DNA from: Vicugna vicugna
Lineage: Eukaryota
Direction: 5' to 3'
Length of the DNA: 64,000 bases
Assembly: GCA_013265495.1 (NCBI GenBank)
Contig: MU063892.1
Coordinates: 4,559,308-4,623,307 of the forward strand
Shown in pieces: positions 63,824 through 64,000 of this stretch. A program made the translations under genes and the position numbers. Positions within the stretch are counted from its first letter, which is position 1; every line of letters begins with the position of its first letter. Below the pieces are notes generated by a model. It did no database searches, was not told where the DNA came from, and worked only from the letters and a program-made list of their open reading frames with translations.

Positions 63824-64000
63824 AAGTAGACAAACAGCAAGGTCCTACTGTATAGCACAAGGAAATATATTCAATACCTCATAATAGCTTATAATGAAAA
63901 AGAATATGAAAAGGAGTATATATATATATATATATACATGGATAACTGAATCACTATGCTGTACACCAGAAAGTAACAAAACATTGTAAACCAACTATAC
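63824..64000 (+). mobile_element. Second L1 3' UTR fragment directly after the first, running off the window end
   Basis: acaaacagcaaggtcctactgtatagcaca...ataactgaatcactatgctgtacaccagaa is a typical cetartiodactyl L1 3' end. Confidence 0.85.

Larger units (their letters stand above)
1..64000 (+). other. ASTN2: Whole window lies within the ASTN2 transcription unit (intron, three-exon cluster, long intron)
   Basis: Both visible exons are internal. The flanking ASTN2 exons (ending ...CEQLCDPET and starting EEAMLSTYFE...) were not seen in the window. Confidence 0.85.

Noticed and set aside
1-64000. The 60-170 aa ORFs in the supplied track
   Set aside because: They lack recognisable homology, mostly lie in MIR/L2/LTR sequence or low-complexity tracts, and are expected by chance. 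The real exons are shorter and were found from splice signals.
21841-64000. Nested gene such as TRIM32, a snoRNA, tRNA or processed pseudogene
   Set aside because: No RING/NHL-like ORF or structured-RNA signature was seen. TRIM32 is recalled to lie in a more 3' ASTN2 intron.

Overview
Placental-mammal genomic DNA, probably a camelid: the young L1 3' UTRs look camelid from memory, and no Alu, B1/B2, Bov-tA or PRE SINEs were seen. The window lies inside ASTN2 (astrotactin-2), + strand. Two coding exons are directly readable: 20308-20392 ([29 protein letters not shown]) and 20883-20957 (PWPYTTLERGYDLVTGEQAPEKILR). The next exon is very probably hidden in the N-run at 21653-21840. The rest is intron, dominated by ancient repeats (MIR, L2, MaLR/ERVL LTRs, hAT and Tigger MITEs, old L1) plus a few younger L1 3' ends, an ERV1-type solo LTR and microsatellites. 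Almost all ORFs in the supplied track are spurious. I found no convincing new biological system. The best leads are the hidden exon, a young sense L1 50 nt upstream of a splice acceptor, an unexplained 83/87-bp dispersed duplication, a 1.2-kb duplication around a gap (probably an assembly artefact), and CpG-retaining motif clusters that may be regulatory. Repeat subfamily names and the human exon sizes are recalled, not searched, and repeat boundaries are approximate.
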